Shown: positions 8,941 to 19,196 of the stretch, piece by piece
Numbering within the stretch: position 1 is the stretch's first letter
Layout: every line of letters starts with the position of its first letter
Translations under genes and position numbers: made by a program
Assembly (NCBI GenBank): GCA_033764315.1
Contig: JANRJA010000041.1
Coordinates: forward strand, 11,050-75,049
Reading direction: 5' to 3'
DNA: 64,000 bases
Origin: Oculatellaceae cyanobacterium bins.114
GTDB taxonomy: Bacteria; Cyanobacteriota; Cyanobacteriia; Elainellales; Elainellaceae
Notes under the pieces: generated by a model
Database searches by the model: none
What the model saw: only the letters and a program-made list of their open reading frames with translations
What the model was told of the DNA's origin: nothing

Positions 8941-10515
8941 ATGGAATATAAAAGCTTGTATACACGATGGTTCAGGGTGATTTTTATCATTGTATTAGTG
9001 CTAGGCATATTATTTCGATTCATTAACTTGAACCAAAAACCCTATTGGCATGATGAAACCTATACCTCACTACACATGTCTGGGTACAGTTATCAAGAAG
9101 CAATTCAAAACCTCTATACAGGTCAAGTAATTGAAGCAGAAAACATACTGATCTATCAAAGTCTATCGGATAAGAGAAACGTACTTGACACTATCCATAG
9201 ATTAGCAACCGACGACTCCCAGCATCCACCTCTGTACTATGTTTTCACCCGATTGTGGACAGGTTGGTTTGGCGATTCCATAGCAACTATCCGACTATTA
9301 CCAGCGTTAATAAGCTTATTGGCATTACCAGGAATGTACTGGTTATGCCTAGAATTGTTTGCTTCTTCGAGTGTGGGGTGGATGGCAATGACTCTTGTAG
9401 CAACCTCTCCTATCTATGTTCGATATGCACAAGAAGCACGGCAGTATAGCTTGTGGATGGTCATCATCCTGCTAGCAAGTGCTACGTTACTTCGGGCAAT
9501 ACGCTTAAAGACAGCTTGGAACTGGAGTATCTATCTATTAACACTCGTAATGGGGCTATATTGTCATGTACTATTTAGTCTTTTGATTTTAGCGCATGGG
9601 CTTTATGTAGCTGCAATCGAACGCTTTCGCTTGAGTAAAACGACCATCAGTTATTTACTTGTATCCCTGGTTGCCATCATTGCATTTACGCCTTGGCTTT
9701 TGACAATGTGGCAACATAAAGAGACTGTATTACTATCAACAGAATGGACCAAACAGCCCTTGCTGTTTTCAGAATTAGTCAAATATTGGAACATAAACAT
9801 CTGCCGCCTATTCATAGCATGGCATTTTCGTTATGATGCAATGCTGGTTTACCTGGCAATTCCAATTTTGCTCCTGATAAGTGTTGCAACTTACACGGTT
9901 TGTCGCCATTCATCAAAGAGAGTATGGCTATTTATTTTGATTTTAATCAGTACGACAACACTTCCTCTACTGTTACCAGATTTAATTTGGGGAGGAAGAC
10001 GATCGACGAATGCAAGGTATTTCTTGCCATCCTACATAGGCATTGATTTAATAGTTGCTTATTTTCTTTCCCACCCATTTACTCGAAAATTCACAAATGC
10101 AGCCTTTAGCAAGAGATGGCATATTACGGCAATAACGCTCATCACAAGTAGTGTTTTGACCTGTGCGATCGCTGTTCAGTCAAATACATGGTGGGGATGG
10201 TCTGAGTTTGATATAGAAATTTCCCGAATTATTAATGATTCTTCAAAGCCACTTATTATTAGTGATCTGCCTTTGGGCTTAATCATGCCGCTTAGTCATC
10301 AGCTACATCCAGACACTAAAGTTGTACTTGTGAGTAAACCAGAACTCCTTGTCATTCCTGAAACAGCTGACCGTCTATTTAACTCTGTGTTTGTATACAA
10401 TCCAAGCGATCGCCTCAAGGTAGTAATTGAGCAGCAGGGCTTTCAACAGGAGGTAGTTTATCAGTTTAAAGATGGCTCTCTAACACTGTCTCTTTATCAA
10501 CTTCAAATGTTGTAA
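8941..10515 (+). CDS. GT39/PMT-like (GT-C) membrane glycosyltransferase
   Basis: Motifs YWHDETYT, QHPPLYY and YAQEARQYSL; many TM segments. Confidence 0.88.
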   Translation: MEYKSLYTRWFRVIFIIVLVLGILFRFINLNQKPYWHDETYTSLHMSGYSYQEAIQNLYTGQVIEAENILIYQSLSDKRNVLDTIHRLATDDSQHPPLYYVFTRLWTGWFGDSIATIRLLPALISLLALPGMYWLCLELFASSSVGWMAMTLVATSPIYVRYAQEARQYSLWMVIILLASATLLRAIRLKTAWNWSIYLLTLVMGLYCHVLFSLLILAHGLYVAAIERFRLSKTTISYLLVSLVAIIAFTPWLLTMWQHKETVLLSTEWTKQPLLFSELVKYWNINICRLFIAWHFRYDAMLVYLAIPILLLISVATYTVCRHSSKRVWLFILILISTTTLPLLLPDLIWGGRRSTNARYFLPSYIGIDLIVAYFLSHPFTRKFTNAAFSKRWHITAITLITSSVLTCAIAVQSNTWWGWSEFDIEISRIINDSSKPLIISDLPLGLIMPLSHQLHPDTKVVLVSKPELLVIPETADRLFNSVFVYNPSDRLKVVIEQQGFQQEVVYQFKDGSLTLSLYQLQML

Positions 10516-11034
10516 TGACGCAACGGTGGACACACTCTGTTGTAAGCGAACAATCATCAGTCTTGAGCCAGATAGCAATCGCTCGTGAGGTCAAATTTTC
10601 TTGGAGGTTGAATGTTGAGGGGTGTTGAGGTGGAGTGCGACCCCTTGTAGGTATCTGCGAAGCATCACACAGTCGAGCCTTTGAGGGGCGATCGGGTGTT
10701 TGGCTGCGATCGCGGTCTAACAGGTTTATAAAGCGGATGACTGAGAGATCTTGGTGGTGTTGCCACAGTTATCTGCCGCCGCTTATCTTGGTCGTCAGAC
10801 AGTTTTTGCAGCAGGGTTACTGAGGGGTTGAGAGGCTGAAGACTCTGGTGTTTCAAGGTTGTCGGTGAGGTGCACGCGGCTTCGCCGTTAACCGCAAGGG
10901 TCGCCCCCAAAACCGAAAGGTTGAGTGCATCAAAATTGGCACCCAAGTGACAAGTTTCAGAGTGTTATTAACACAAGTGAAAGTGTAGTTCAACAACGGT
11001 AACTGTAGAACGTTCAGAGTTTCAAAAGGTGTCT

Positions 11035-11105
11035 GGGAGCGATCGCCGAGCGTTATTGCTTTCCAAACTGTGCTTGAAGGGTAACTGTGAGTGTGCGATC
11101 GCTCC
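11035..11105. terminator. HIP1-containing inverted repeat immediately downstream of narB (possible terminator or stabiliser)
   Basis: GGAGCGATCGC ... GCGATCGCTCC abutting the narB stop codon. Confidence 0.4.
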
Positions 11106-13372
11106 TATGCCAGTTCTAAAACCTCAGCGTCGAGAGCCGCTGTATCTTGAGTATTGTGGCTTCCTGCGTTATCCGATCGCAGCCCAACAGGACAGACCTG
11201 CACCGCACAGGCTTTGAGTTCCGGTTCCAGAGAGTCAGGGCAGGCTTCCGAATGGGTAAGGTTATTAATTTCTGCTCCCTCCGCCCATAAGCTGCCCCAG
11301 TGCATCGGCGCAAACACTGTTCCAGGGGCGATCGCCTGGGTTACCTTAGCCGGAAATCGAGCGACTCCCCGGCGCGATCGCACTTCCACCAGATCTCCTT
11401 CGACAATGCCCTGTTTCGCTGCATCACGGGGATGAATTTCGAGAAAAGGGGTGGGGTGCATCTGGCGCAATTTCTCAATGCGTCCGGTGCGGCTCTGGGT
11501 GTGCCAGTGCCCATACAACCGACCGTTAGTAAACACAAAGGGATAGTCGGTGTCAGACGGCTCTGCTAAGCCACGAGAATGATAGGCACCAAACCGAGCA
11601 CGCCCATCGAGAGTATGAAAGCGGCGATCGCTATACAACTGCTTAGAAGAAAGAAGATCGAAAGTTGAAGATTGAATTGTTTGGCTGTCCTCTTCTATTT
11701 TTTCTTCTTTTTTCTCTATTTTTTCTTCTTTTTTCTTCGGGTTGCTCCATTGCAACGGTCCTTCTGTGCTCAGTCGCTGATGGCTAAACTGGCTGTGGTC
11801 ACAGGGGCGATCGCGAGTCAGCTGCACAAATTCGGCATACACGTCTGCCGAGTTTTGAAAGGCAAATTGTGTCTCAAAGCCTAAGCGTCGTCCCACGTCA
11901 GCAAAGATCTCCCAGTCGGGTCGAGCTTCACCAGGAGGAGTGCGAAAGGCAGGGCAATAAGTCACTACTCGCTCAGAGTTAGTCATGCAGCCTGCTTTTT
12001 CGCTCCATTGGGCAGCCGGTAAAAGAATGTGAGCGTAGGCAGTCGTTTCGGTGGGATGGTAGGCATCTTGATAGACGGTCAGGGGCGATCGCCGCAAAGC
12101 AGCCTTGGTGCGCTCTAAGTCAGGCAGGCTAACCACAGGATTGGTGGCGGCAATCCAGACAAACTCGACGTCGCCTGTTTCTAATCCAGTGATAATGTCC
12201 CAAGTACTACGACCCCGATGAGGCGAGATGCGTCCCGGCGGCAGCTTCCAAAACTGTTCTACTGCGGTGCGATGGTCAGGATTCGTCACAGAGCGATATC
12301 CCGGCAGCAGGTGAGATAGACCCCCTGCTTCGCGTCCACCCATCGCATTGGGTTGCCCTGTGAGCGAAAAGGGGCCACTCCCCGGTTTGCCGATCATGCC
12401 CGTCATTAAGTGCAGATTGATGATAGTGCGAACTTTGGCAGTGCCCTCGGTAGATTGGTTCACCCCCATCGACCAAAGAGATAAGACGCGATCGCTCTCT
12501 GCCCAATAGCGAGCAGCTGTTTCCAGGTCTTCCACTGTAATGCCACACCGCCATGCCACCACCTCAGGAGGATAATGCTGCACTACATCAGCATATTCTG
12601 CGAATCCGGTGGTGTGATCTGCGATAAAAGTTTGATCCAGCTTGCCCCACTGCACCAACAAATGAGCAATACCATTGAGCAAATCAATATCTGTGCCGGG
12701 GCGAATCGCCAGATGTAAATCTGCTACTTCAGCCGTTTGGGTGCGACGTGGATCAACCACCACCAGCTTAACCTGAGCAGTTTGCTTGTGGTGCTTGCGG
12801 AGGCGATTAAACACAATGGGATGGCACTCGGCTGTATTTGTGCCAATCAAAAACGCGCAATCCGTCTGCTCTAAATCGTCATAACAACACGGTGGCCCAT
12901 CTGCCCCAAAACTTTGCAAATATCCGGCAACAGCAGACGACATGCACAGCCGCGAATTGGCATCAAAGTTATTGGTGCCTAAACAGCCCTTCATCAACTT
13001 TTGGGCAACGTAATAATCTTCGGTTTGAAACTGCCCAGAGCCATACATACAAAGGGCATCCGCTCCACTAGTGGAGCATACTTTTTGAACGTGGCACACA
13101 ATGCGATCAAGTGCCTGATCCCAACTGACCCGCTGAAACGGTTGATCGAGGGACTCGCGCATCATCGGATAAAGCAATCGATCTTTGTCTAATGGCTCAA
13201 CAGCCGTTGCCCCCTTGACACACACCATACCCTGACTCGATGGATGAGTGCGATCGCCCCTGACCTTCCAGCTAGGGGCTTGATCGGGTTGACCAGGATT
13301 TTTGACAGAAACCACTTCTAATCCACAGCCAACCCCACAATAAGGGCAGAGAGTTTTAATGCAGTCAGACAC
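11105..13372 (-). CDS. narB: Ferredoxin-dependent assimilatory nitrate reductase
   Basis: CPYCGVGCG...CVKG Fe-S motif, [24 protein letters not shown] and the C-terminal molybdopterin dinucleotide domain; last gene of the nir operon. Confidence 0.97.
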   Translation of the reverse strand: MSDCIKTLCPYCGVGCGLEVVSVKNPGQPDQAPSWKVRGDRTHPSSQGMVCVKGATAVEPLDKDRLLYPMMRESLDQPFQRVSWDQALDRIVCHVQKVCSTSGADALCMYGSGQFQTEDYYVAQKLMKGCLGTNNFDANSRLCMSSAVAGYLQSFGADGPPCCYDDLEQTDCAFLIGTNTAECHPIVFNRLRKHHKQTAQVKLVVVDPRRTQTAEVADLHLAIRPGTDIDLLNGIAHLLVQWGKLDQTFIADHTTGFAEYADVVQHYPPEVVAWRCGITVEDLETAARYWAESDRVLSLWSMGVNQSTEGTAKVRTIINLHLMTGMIGKPGSGPFSLTGQPNAMGGREAGGLSHLLPGYRSVTNPDHRTAVEQFWKLPPGRISPHRGRSTWDIITGLETGDVEFVWIAATNPVVSLPDLERTKAALRRSPLTVYQDAYHPTETTAYAHILLPAAQWSEKAGCMTNSERVVTYCPAFRTPPGEARPDWEIFADVGRRLGFETQFAFQNSADVYAEFVQLTRDRPCDHSQFSHQRLSTEGPLQWSNPKKKEEKIEKKEEKIEEDSQTIQSSTFDLLSSKQLYSDRRFHTLDGRARFGAYHSRGLAEPSDTDYPFVFTNGRLYGHWHTQSRTGRIEKLRQMHPTPFLEIHPRDAAKQGIVEGDLVEVRSRRGVARFPAKVTQAIAPGTVFAPMHWGSLWAEGAEINNLTHSEACPDSLEPELKACAVQVCPVGLRSDNAGSHNTQDTAALDAEVLELA

Positions 13373-13380
13373 AATGGGAA

Positions 13381-13572
13381 GGATGAAGGATGAAGGATAA
13401 AAAAGAAAAAAAGAAGAAAGAAAAAGAAAAAAAGAGAAAGAAAAAAAGAGTTAAGTAGGTTGGGTCAAAAACATGGAGCCTAACATTTATCAGACAAGTT
13501 GAGTTTTGTTAATACTCCACCTAACCTATGGGATTCAGTTTATTTCTTCTTTTTTCTCTCTTCTTTCTTTTC
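13381..13572. repeat. Heptamer-like purine and pyrimidine tracts (STRR-like) in opposite orientation
   Basis: GGATGAA/AAAGAAA runs at about 13381-13450 and TTTCTCT/TTCTTTC runs at about 13540-13572. Confidence 0.65.
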
Positions 13573-14412
13573 TTACTCGTCATCGTGGGCAAAGCGACGA
13601 TAGAGAAAGTCGAGGGCATAGTTCCGCAGTTCATAGAATTTGGGGTCTTCCATGATACGGACGCGATCGCGCGGGCGAGCAAAAGGAATGTCGAGGACTT
13701 CGCCAATGTGGGCAGCGGGCCCGTTGGTCATCATCACCAAGCGATCGGCAAGGAACAATGCCTCGTCGATGTCATGGGTGATCATCAAAACAGTGGTTTT
13801 GTGATCTGTCCAGATTTTTAGCAATTCTTCCTGGAGTTCTTCACGGGTGATAGCATCTAACGCACCAAAGGGTTCGTCTAGGATCAGCATCTTAGGACGA
13901 ATGGCAAGGGCACGGGCGATCGCCACCCGTTGTTTCATGCCCCCCGAAAGCTGATTGGGGCGTTTGTTTGCTGCTTCGGTCAAGCCCACCATCGCGAGAT
14001 GGTCGTTGGCGATCGCAATTTTCTCAGCTTTTGATTTGTCTTTGCATGCGGCGTTAACTGCCAGGAAGACGTTCTCAAAGGCGGTTTTCCAGGGCAACAG
14101 AGAATAATTTTGAAACACTACCATGCGATCGGGCCCTGGCTCGGTGATGGGTTCTGATTCTAGCAACACCTCGCCGCCTGTAGGTTTGAGAAATCCTGAC
14201 ACCATGTTGAGTAGAGTGGATTTGCCACAGCCCGAGTGACCAATTAAACAGACAAATTCACCCGTTTGAATGGTGAGGTTGACTCCCTCCAGCACCGGAT
14301 AGTCTCCATTGGCGGTGGGATAGACTTTCGAGACATCTTTGATTTCCAACAAGGGAGTTGATGGCGGCTCAGATGAAGTCAGTTTCGCTTGAGTTTGGTT
14401 CAGTGTCTGCAT
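13573..14412 (-). CDS. nrtD: Nitrate ABC transporter ATP-binding subunit D
   Basis: Motifs GHSGCGKST, LSGGMKQR and LDEPFGALD. The start is set at MQTLNQ (14412) because the upstream in-frame extension is repeat-derived. Confidence 0.93.
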   Translation of the reverse strand: MQTLNQTQAKLTSSEPPSTPLLEIKDVSKVYPTANGDYPVLEGVNLTIQTGEFVCLIGHSGCGKSTLLNMVSGFLKPTGGEVLLESEPITEPGPDRMVVFQNYSLLPWKTAFENVFLAVNAACKDKSKAEKIAIANDHLAMVGLTEAANKRPNQLSGGMKQRVAIARALAIRPKMLILDEPFGALDAITREELQEELLKIWTDHKTTVLMITHDIDEALFLADRLVMMTNGPAAHIGEVLDIPFARPRDRVRIMEDPKFYELRNYALDFLYRRFAHDDE

Positions 14413-14475
14413 AACAGTTGAGCGTGGGGTAAGAGGTAGTGAGTGGGGAGATAGGGAGCGTAGAGGTGAGAGGGT

Positions 14476-14539
14476 AGATCTCCGGCTGCTGTTGAAATAG
14501 CTCATGTTTTTGGGAAGACCTGTTAGCAGTCGGAGATCT
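14476..14539. repeat. MITE-like element with AGATC(T/C)CCGG inverted termini
   Basis: AGATCTCCGGCTGCT ... AGCAGTCGGAGATCT (15 bp, 1 mismatch); related to 21096-21161. Confidence 0.75.
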
Positions 14540-14547
14540 GAGAGAGG

Positions 14548-16551
14548 TTAAGCGGCACCGACCACAGAATCGATGACGATTTCTTCGATTTGCACCTCGC
14601 GTTTGATCGACAAATTGTTGAGGTATTGAATCGGTTCATCGGGGTTAAACACGGTGCCATCAAACAGTTGAATAGGAGTGCGATCGCGTCCAGTATCGGG
14701 CAATCCCAGTCCGCGTGCTGCCTCACCGAATACATCTACACGACGGATACGCTCGACAATCTCTACCCAGTTGCGGGGAAAGGGCACCAATCCCCAGCGT
14801 GCCATCTGGGTCATCACCCACAGCATCTCGATGCCATTGGGAGCATTTGCCTGATTGACATAAAACTGGTTGTAGGTCAGTAATTGCTTAGGTTCTGCCT
14901 CGGTGCCGTAGTGGTAGGGATCAATCAATCCCCAGCGGGTATAGGCAGGGTTAGAACCGACATATTGAGGCTGACACAAGAGAGACAACACTTCTTCTCG
15001 GTTGCGGCGATCGTCGCAGTAGGCGCAAGCTTCGAGTAGGGCTTTGACCAGAGCAACGTGAGTTTGGGGATATTGATTTGCCCAGTCTTCGCGCACACCC
15101 AACAGTTTTTCGCAGTGCCCCGACCAGATGTCGAGACTGGTGGCCATCACGTAACCAATTCCTTCATGCACCGCATGAGCATTCCAAGGATCACCCGCAC
15201 AATAACCGTCGATATTTCCGGCTTTGAGGTTTGACACCATCTGTGCCGGGGGAATCACGGTCAAACTGACATCTTGATCAGGATCAATGCCCCCTGACGC
15301 TAACCAGTAACGCAGCAACAGATTGTGCATTGAGGTTTTGTGCACCACACCCAGTGTATGCACTTTATCAGGGGTTTGATCGACGATCGCCTTGAAGTCT
15401 GACAGCGATCGCACGCCTTGTTCATACAGGTGCTTGTTAAAAGTGATAGCGTTGCCGTTACGCGACAAAGTCAGTGCAGTCACAATCGGCAAGGGAGCCA
15501 TGCCATCCATTCCCAGGGTCAGTGCCACTGGCATGCCAGTCACCATTTGGGCGGCATCCAATCGACCAGAGACAATCCCTTGAGCGATCGCCTTCCAACC
15601 CGGTTCGCGGCTGAGGGTGACGTCTTCTAATCCATGTTTTTGGAAGAAGCCCTTTTCTTTGGCAATCACCAACGGCGCACAATCGGTCAGGGGGATAAAG
15701 CCAATCTCTAAGTTGACCTTTTCTAATCCATGACGGGCGATCGCCACTGTCTGCTTGGCTTTGCGCTGTTTGGCTCGTTTTTGTTGGTTCAAGAAGTAGA
15801 GAATTTCCCCTCGCAGAGCATAGTAGTTGGGATGGTTCACCACCTCTAAGCGATGGCGCGGACGCTCAAAGGGAATGTCTAGAATCTGCCCAATGTGGGC
15901 TTCGGGGCCATTGGTCATCATGACGACGCGATCGGATAACAGCAACGCTTCATCGACATCGTGTGTCACCATGATGCAAGTCACCTGGCTCTCTTCGCAA
16001 ATTGCCATCAGTTTTTCTTGCAGATTGCCGCGGGTCAATGCATCCAGCGCACCAAACGGTTCGTCTAACAACAGCACTTTAGGGCGAGTTGCCAAGGCAC
16101 GGGCGATCGCCACCCGTTGTTTCATTCCTCCTGAGAGTTGCCCCGGCAATTTATCAGAGGCCGGACGCAACCCCACTAGGTTAATGTGATGCTCAATCAC
16201 CTCCTGGCGATCGGCCTTCGTCGCGTTTGCCATCACCCGATTGACTGCTAAGGCGATGTTTTGCCGCACCGTCAACCACGGCAACAACGAATAGTTTTGA
16301 AACACCACCATGCGATCGGGACCCGGTTGAGTCACTTGACGCCCTTCTAACACAACCCCCCCTTGAGACGGTTTATCAAGCCCTGCCACAATATTGAGCA
16401 GCGTTGATTTGCCACATCCAGAGTGTCCGATGAGAGAGACAAACTCTCCCTTTTGAATTTTTAGATTGATGTTTTTGAGTGCGATGTAACTGCCGCCACT
16501 GGGGAGTGGAAACGTGCGATCGACGTGATCTACTTCAACAAAAACAGCCAT
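14548..16551 (-). CDS. nrtC: Nitrate ABC transporter ATP-binding subunit C with C-terminal NrtA-like regulatory domain
   Basis: ABC domain followed by GLEKVNLEIGFIPLTDCAPL; 667 aa. Confidence 0.96.
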   Translation of the reverse strand: MAVFVEVDHVDRTFPLPSGGSYIALKNINLKIQKGEFVSLIGHSGCGKSTLLNIVAGLDKPSQGGVVLEGRQVTQPGPDRMVVFQNYSLLPWLTVRQNIALAVNRVMANATKADRQEVIEHHINLVGLRPASDKLPGQLSGGMKQRVAIARALATRPKVLLLDEPFGALDALTRGNLQEKLMAICEESQVTCIMVTHDVDEALLLSDRVVMMTNGPEAHIGQILDIPFERPRHRLEVVNHPNYYALRGEILYFLNQQKRAKQRKAKQTVAIARHGLEKVNLEIGFIPLTDCAPLVIAKEKGFFQKHGLEDVTLSREPGWKAIAQGIVSGRLDAAQMVTGMPVALTLGMDGMAPLPIVTALTLSRNGNAITFNKHLYEQGVRSLSDFKAIVDQTPDKVHTLGVVHKTSMHNLLLRYWLASGGIDPDQDVSLTVIPPAQMVSNLKAGNIDGYCAGDPWNAHAVHEGIGYVMATSLDIWSGHCEKLLGVREDWANQYPQTHVALVKALLEACAYCDDRRNREEVLSLLCQPQYVGSNPAYTRWGLIDPYHYGTEAEPKQLLTYNQFYVNQANAPNGIEMLWVMTQMARWGLVPFPRNWVEIVERIRRVDVFGEAARGLGLPDTGRDRTPIQLFDGTVFNPDEPIQYLNNLSIKREVQIEEIVIDSVVGAA

Positions 16552-16659
16552 AAGAAAAAAAGAAGAATGAAGAGTGAAGAGTGAAAGGAAGAAATATAGA
16601 AGAGTGAAAAAAGAAAAACCGAAATTATATTCTTTTTCTTTTTTCTTTTTTCTTTTTTT
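16552..16659. repeat. STRR-like purine tract followed by pyrimidine tract
   Basis: GAAGAGT/AAAGAAA units, then TTTTTC units. Confidence 0.65.
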
Positions 16660-17496
16660 CTATTTCTGCTCTTGTGGCACCATCAACGTTGCCACCCAAC
16701 CCACGAGGCGATCGAGCAAGAGTCCCACGATGCCGATGTAAAGTAGGGCAATAATAATGTCGCTGATGCGAGAGTTGTTCCAGGCATCCCAGATAAAGAA
16801 CCCGATACCCACACCCCCAATCAACATCTCAGCTGCCACGATCGCCAACCATGACAGACCGATACCAATGCGTAACCCGGTGAAAATATAGGGCACTGTA
16901 GCGGGAATCAGAATAGTGAGGAAATATTCAGGTTTGGATAACCGCAGCACTTTGGCAACGTTGTTGTAATCTTGGGGAATCTGGCGCACCCCTTCAGCAG
17001 TGTTGATAATGATGGGCCACACAGCTGTTACAAAGATGACGAAAATGGCAGAGGGTTGCGCTTGTTGAAATGCCGCTAACGAAATCGGCAACCATGCTAA
17101 TGGAGGAACAGTTCGTAAGACTTGAAAAATAGGGTCTAAGGCTTCGTGCATAAAGCGACTGGTGCCTGTCAAAATGCCCAGGCTAATACCTGCAATAGTC
17201 GCCAATGTGAAACCGATGGCAACTCGCCCTAAGCTTGCCCAAATCTGCCGAAATAAACCTTTGTCAGTACCACCATTGTCATACAACGGATTAATGATCA
17301 GTTCCCAGGTGTCTTCAAGGGTTTGCGAGGGACTAGGGAGGCTGACAATTCCAGCGGCAGTTAAGGCTTCCCAAATTACCAAAAAGATGGCGATCGCCAC
17401 AATCGGAGGAATGAGTCTTCTCACCCCTTTACCAATCCAGGGTATTACGGTTTGAGGGTTGAAGCGGCGATCGCTCCGGCTTAATTGTGCAGTCAT
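16660..17496 (-). CDS. nrtB: Nitrate ABC transporter permease
   Basis: Motifs DKGLFRQI, LDPIFQVLRTVPPLAWLP and WLAIVAAEML. Confidence 0.96.
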   Translation of the reverse strand: MTAQLSRSDRRFNPQTVIPWIGKGVRRLIPPIVAIAIFLVIWEALTAAGIVSLPSPSQTLEDTWELIINPLYDNGGTDKGLFRQIWASLGRVAIGFTLATIAGISLGILTGTSRFMHEALDPIFQVLRTVPPLAWLPISLAAFQQAQPSAIFVIFVTAVWPIIINTAEGVRQIPQDYNNVAKVLRLSKPEYFLTILIPATVPYIFTGLRIGIGLSWLAIVAAEMLIGGVGIGFFIWDAWNNSRISDIIIALLYIGIVGLLLDRLVGWVATLMVPQEQK

Positions 17497-17555
17497 GGTG
17501 CAAACTCCTGTCTCAAAGGCTCGGTTAGAGTGGCGTGGTTAGAACTGTGTTTAGA

Positions 17556-17592
17556 TTTCCTCGTTCCCAGCTTGAACCTAAGAACGAGGAAA
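17556..17592. repeat. Hairpin element between nrtA and nrtB
   Basis: TTTCCTCGTTC ... GAACGAGGAAA, a perfect 11-bp stem. Confidence 0.7.
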
Positions 17593-17614
17593 AGGGAATC
17601 TCAGAGAATCGGAA

Positions 17615-18928
17615 TTAAACTTTTCTGATCTTGAGGCTCTCTAAATAAGCAGCAGGGTTTTCAGGATCAAAGGTGACACCATCAAAGAAGGTTTCTACTC
17701 CGCGTGAAGTGCTGGCAGGAATCGCGGCTTCTTGCCCGATCGCTTTTGCCGCTTCCCGCCACAGGTCTTCCCGGTTCACTTTGTCTACTAGAGCCTGAGC
17801 ATCAGTGCCAGCGGGAATGTAACCCCAGCGCATATCCTCGGTCACAAACCAGAGGTCGTGGCTCTTAAAGGGATAGGACGCTGCATCATTCCAGAACTTC
17901 ATCACATAAGGACTATTCTCTTCGACCCGACCATCACCAAAATCAATCTTGCCCTTCAAGCGATCTTGAATGTCAGTTGCAGGTACCCCAAACCAAGCCC
18001 GCTTCGACACGATTTCCACCATCTCATCTTTGTTTTGCTCACACCAGATTTGGGCTTCCTGCACCGCTTTGATTAAGGCTAGGGCCGCTTTAGGATGTTG
18101 GTCTACCCAATCGGCTCGCATGGCAAACGCCTTCTCAGGGTGATCTTTCCAGATCTGACCCGTGGTCAGGGCAGAATAGCCAATGTTTTGGTTGACCAAC
18201 TGAGCATTCCAGGGTTCACCGACACAGAAGGCATCCATCGTGCCCGTCTTCATGTTGGCGACCATCTGAGGTGGGGGCACCACAATCGTTGACACATCGC
18301 TATTAGGGTTAATTCCACCCGCGGCTAACCAATAGCGCATCCACAAGTCGTGCGTTCCACCGGGGAAGGTGACAGCAAACTTCATCTGGTTGCCTCCAGA
18401 CTTAGCCTCATCCACCTTTGCTCGCAATAGGGAGCTGTCCATTTGAATGCCCAAATCTTTGTAAGCATTCGCGACAGAAATGGCCTGTCCGTTGGTGTTT
18501 AACCGTGCCAGAATATACATCGGCACTTTTTTGCCATCGGTAACTAACCCTTCGGTAATCAAGTAGGGCATGGGACTGAGAATGTGTGCCCCATCAATGC
18601 CGCCGCCCGCAGAACCCAACACAATATTGTCACGGGTGGTGCCCCAAGAGGCTTGCTTCACCACTTGCACATCGGGCATCCCATACTTCTCAAAAAAGCC
18701 CTTTTCTTTAGCAATAATCAAAGGAGCTGAATCGGTGAGGGCGATAAATCCCAAGGTGGCAGTAGTGACTTCAGGAGCATCGGCTGATGCGATCGGAGAT
18801 GGAGATGCGGCATCTGGAGAAGATGAGGAGGTACTTTCAGAGGGAGTGCTACATCCGTTCATCAGCAGTGTTCCTGCTGCGGTTGCTCCTGCGGTGATGA
18901 TGAATTGCCGTCTAGAAAATTTAGCCAT
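17615..18928 (-). CDS. nrtA: Nitrate/nitrite-binding lipoprotein
   Basis: SRRQF...NGC signal; motifs LGFIALTDSAPL, TFPGGTHDLW and KDHPEK; operon position. Confidence 0.96.
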   Translation of the reverse strand: MAKFSRRQFIITAGATAAGTLLMNGCSTPSESTSSSSPDAASPSPIASADAPEVTTATLGFIALTDSAPLIIAKEKGFFEKYGMPDVQVVKQASWGTTRDNIVLGSAGGGIDGAHILSPMPYLITEGLVTDGKKVPMYILARLNTNGQAISVANAYKDLGIQMDSSLLRAKVDEAKSGGNQMKFAVTFPGGTHDLWMRYWLAAGGINPNSDVSTIVVPPPQMVANMKTGTMDAFCVGEPWNAQLVNQNIGYSALTTGQIWKDHPEKAFAMRADWVDQHPKAALALIKAVQEAQIWCEQNKDEMVEIVSKRAWFGVPATDIQDRLKGKIDFGDGRVEENSPYVMKFWNDAASYPFKSHDLWFVTEDMRWGYIPAGTDAQALVDKVNREDLWREAAKAIGQEAAIPASTSRGVETFFDGVTFDPENPAAYLESLKIRKV

Positions 18929-19114
18929 AATGACGCCCTAAAAATGTTGAGTAACAGTTGAACAATTGAAGATTGTGAGCCGTTTGATTTCACCCAATTG
19001 AGTGAATTAAACGTTGAAACAAACGATGTAGCCGAGTGATGCAAACAGTGCTGAGTGAGAGTTGGTCAAGTAAAAGCCAGTCCAGTGAGAGCTATGTGAG
19101 CAATAGCCGTTAGA

Positions 19115-19188
19115 GTAGGGGTAAAGCGATCGCTAGAGAGAGGGTGCTCAAGATCCAAAGCTGATTGCTCGACCGCTTTACCCGTAAC
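19115..19188. repeat. GTAGGGG-type inverted-repeat element between nirA and nrtA
   Basis: GTAGGGGTAAAGCGATCG ... CGACCGCTTTACCCGTAAC. Confidence 0.65.
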
Positions 19189-19196
19189 CATCTAGG

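Noticed and set aside
10635-10946. Small ORFs 10635-10823 (+) and 10665-10946 (-)
   Set aside because: Non-ATG starts, overlap with each other and no recognisable motifs.
14413-14505. N-terminal extension of NrtD in the ORF track (MSYFNSS...)
   Set aside because: It is encoded by a MITE-like element and a heptamer tract; the ATG at 14412 is more plausible.
13573-18928. cmpABCD or cynABD identity for the ABC transporter
   Set aside because: Its position between nirA and narB under an NtcA/NtcB promoter indicates nrtABCD.
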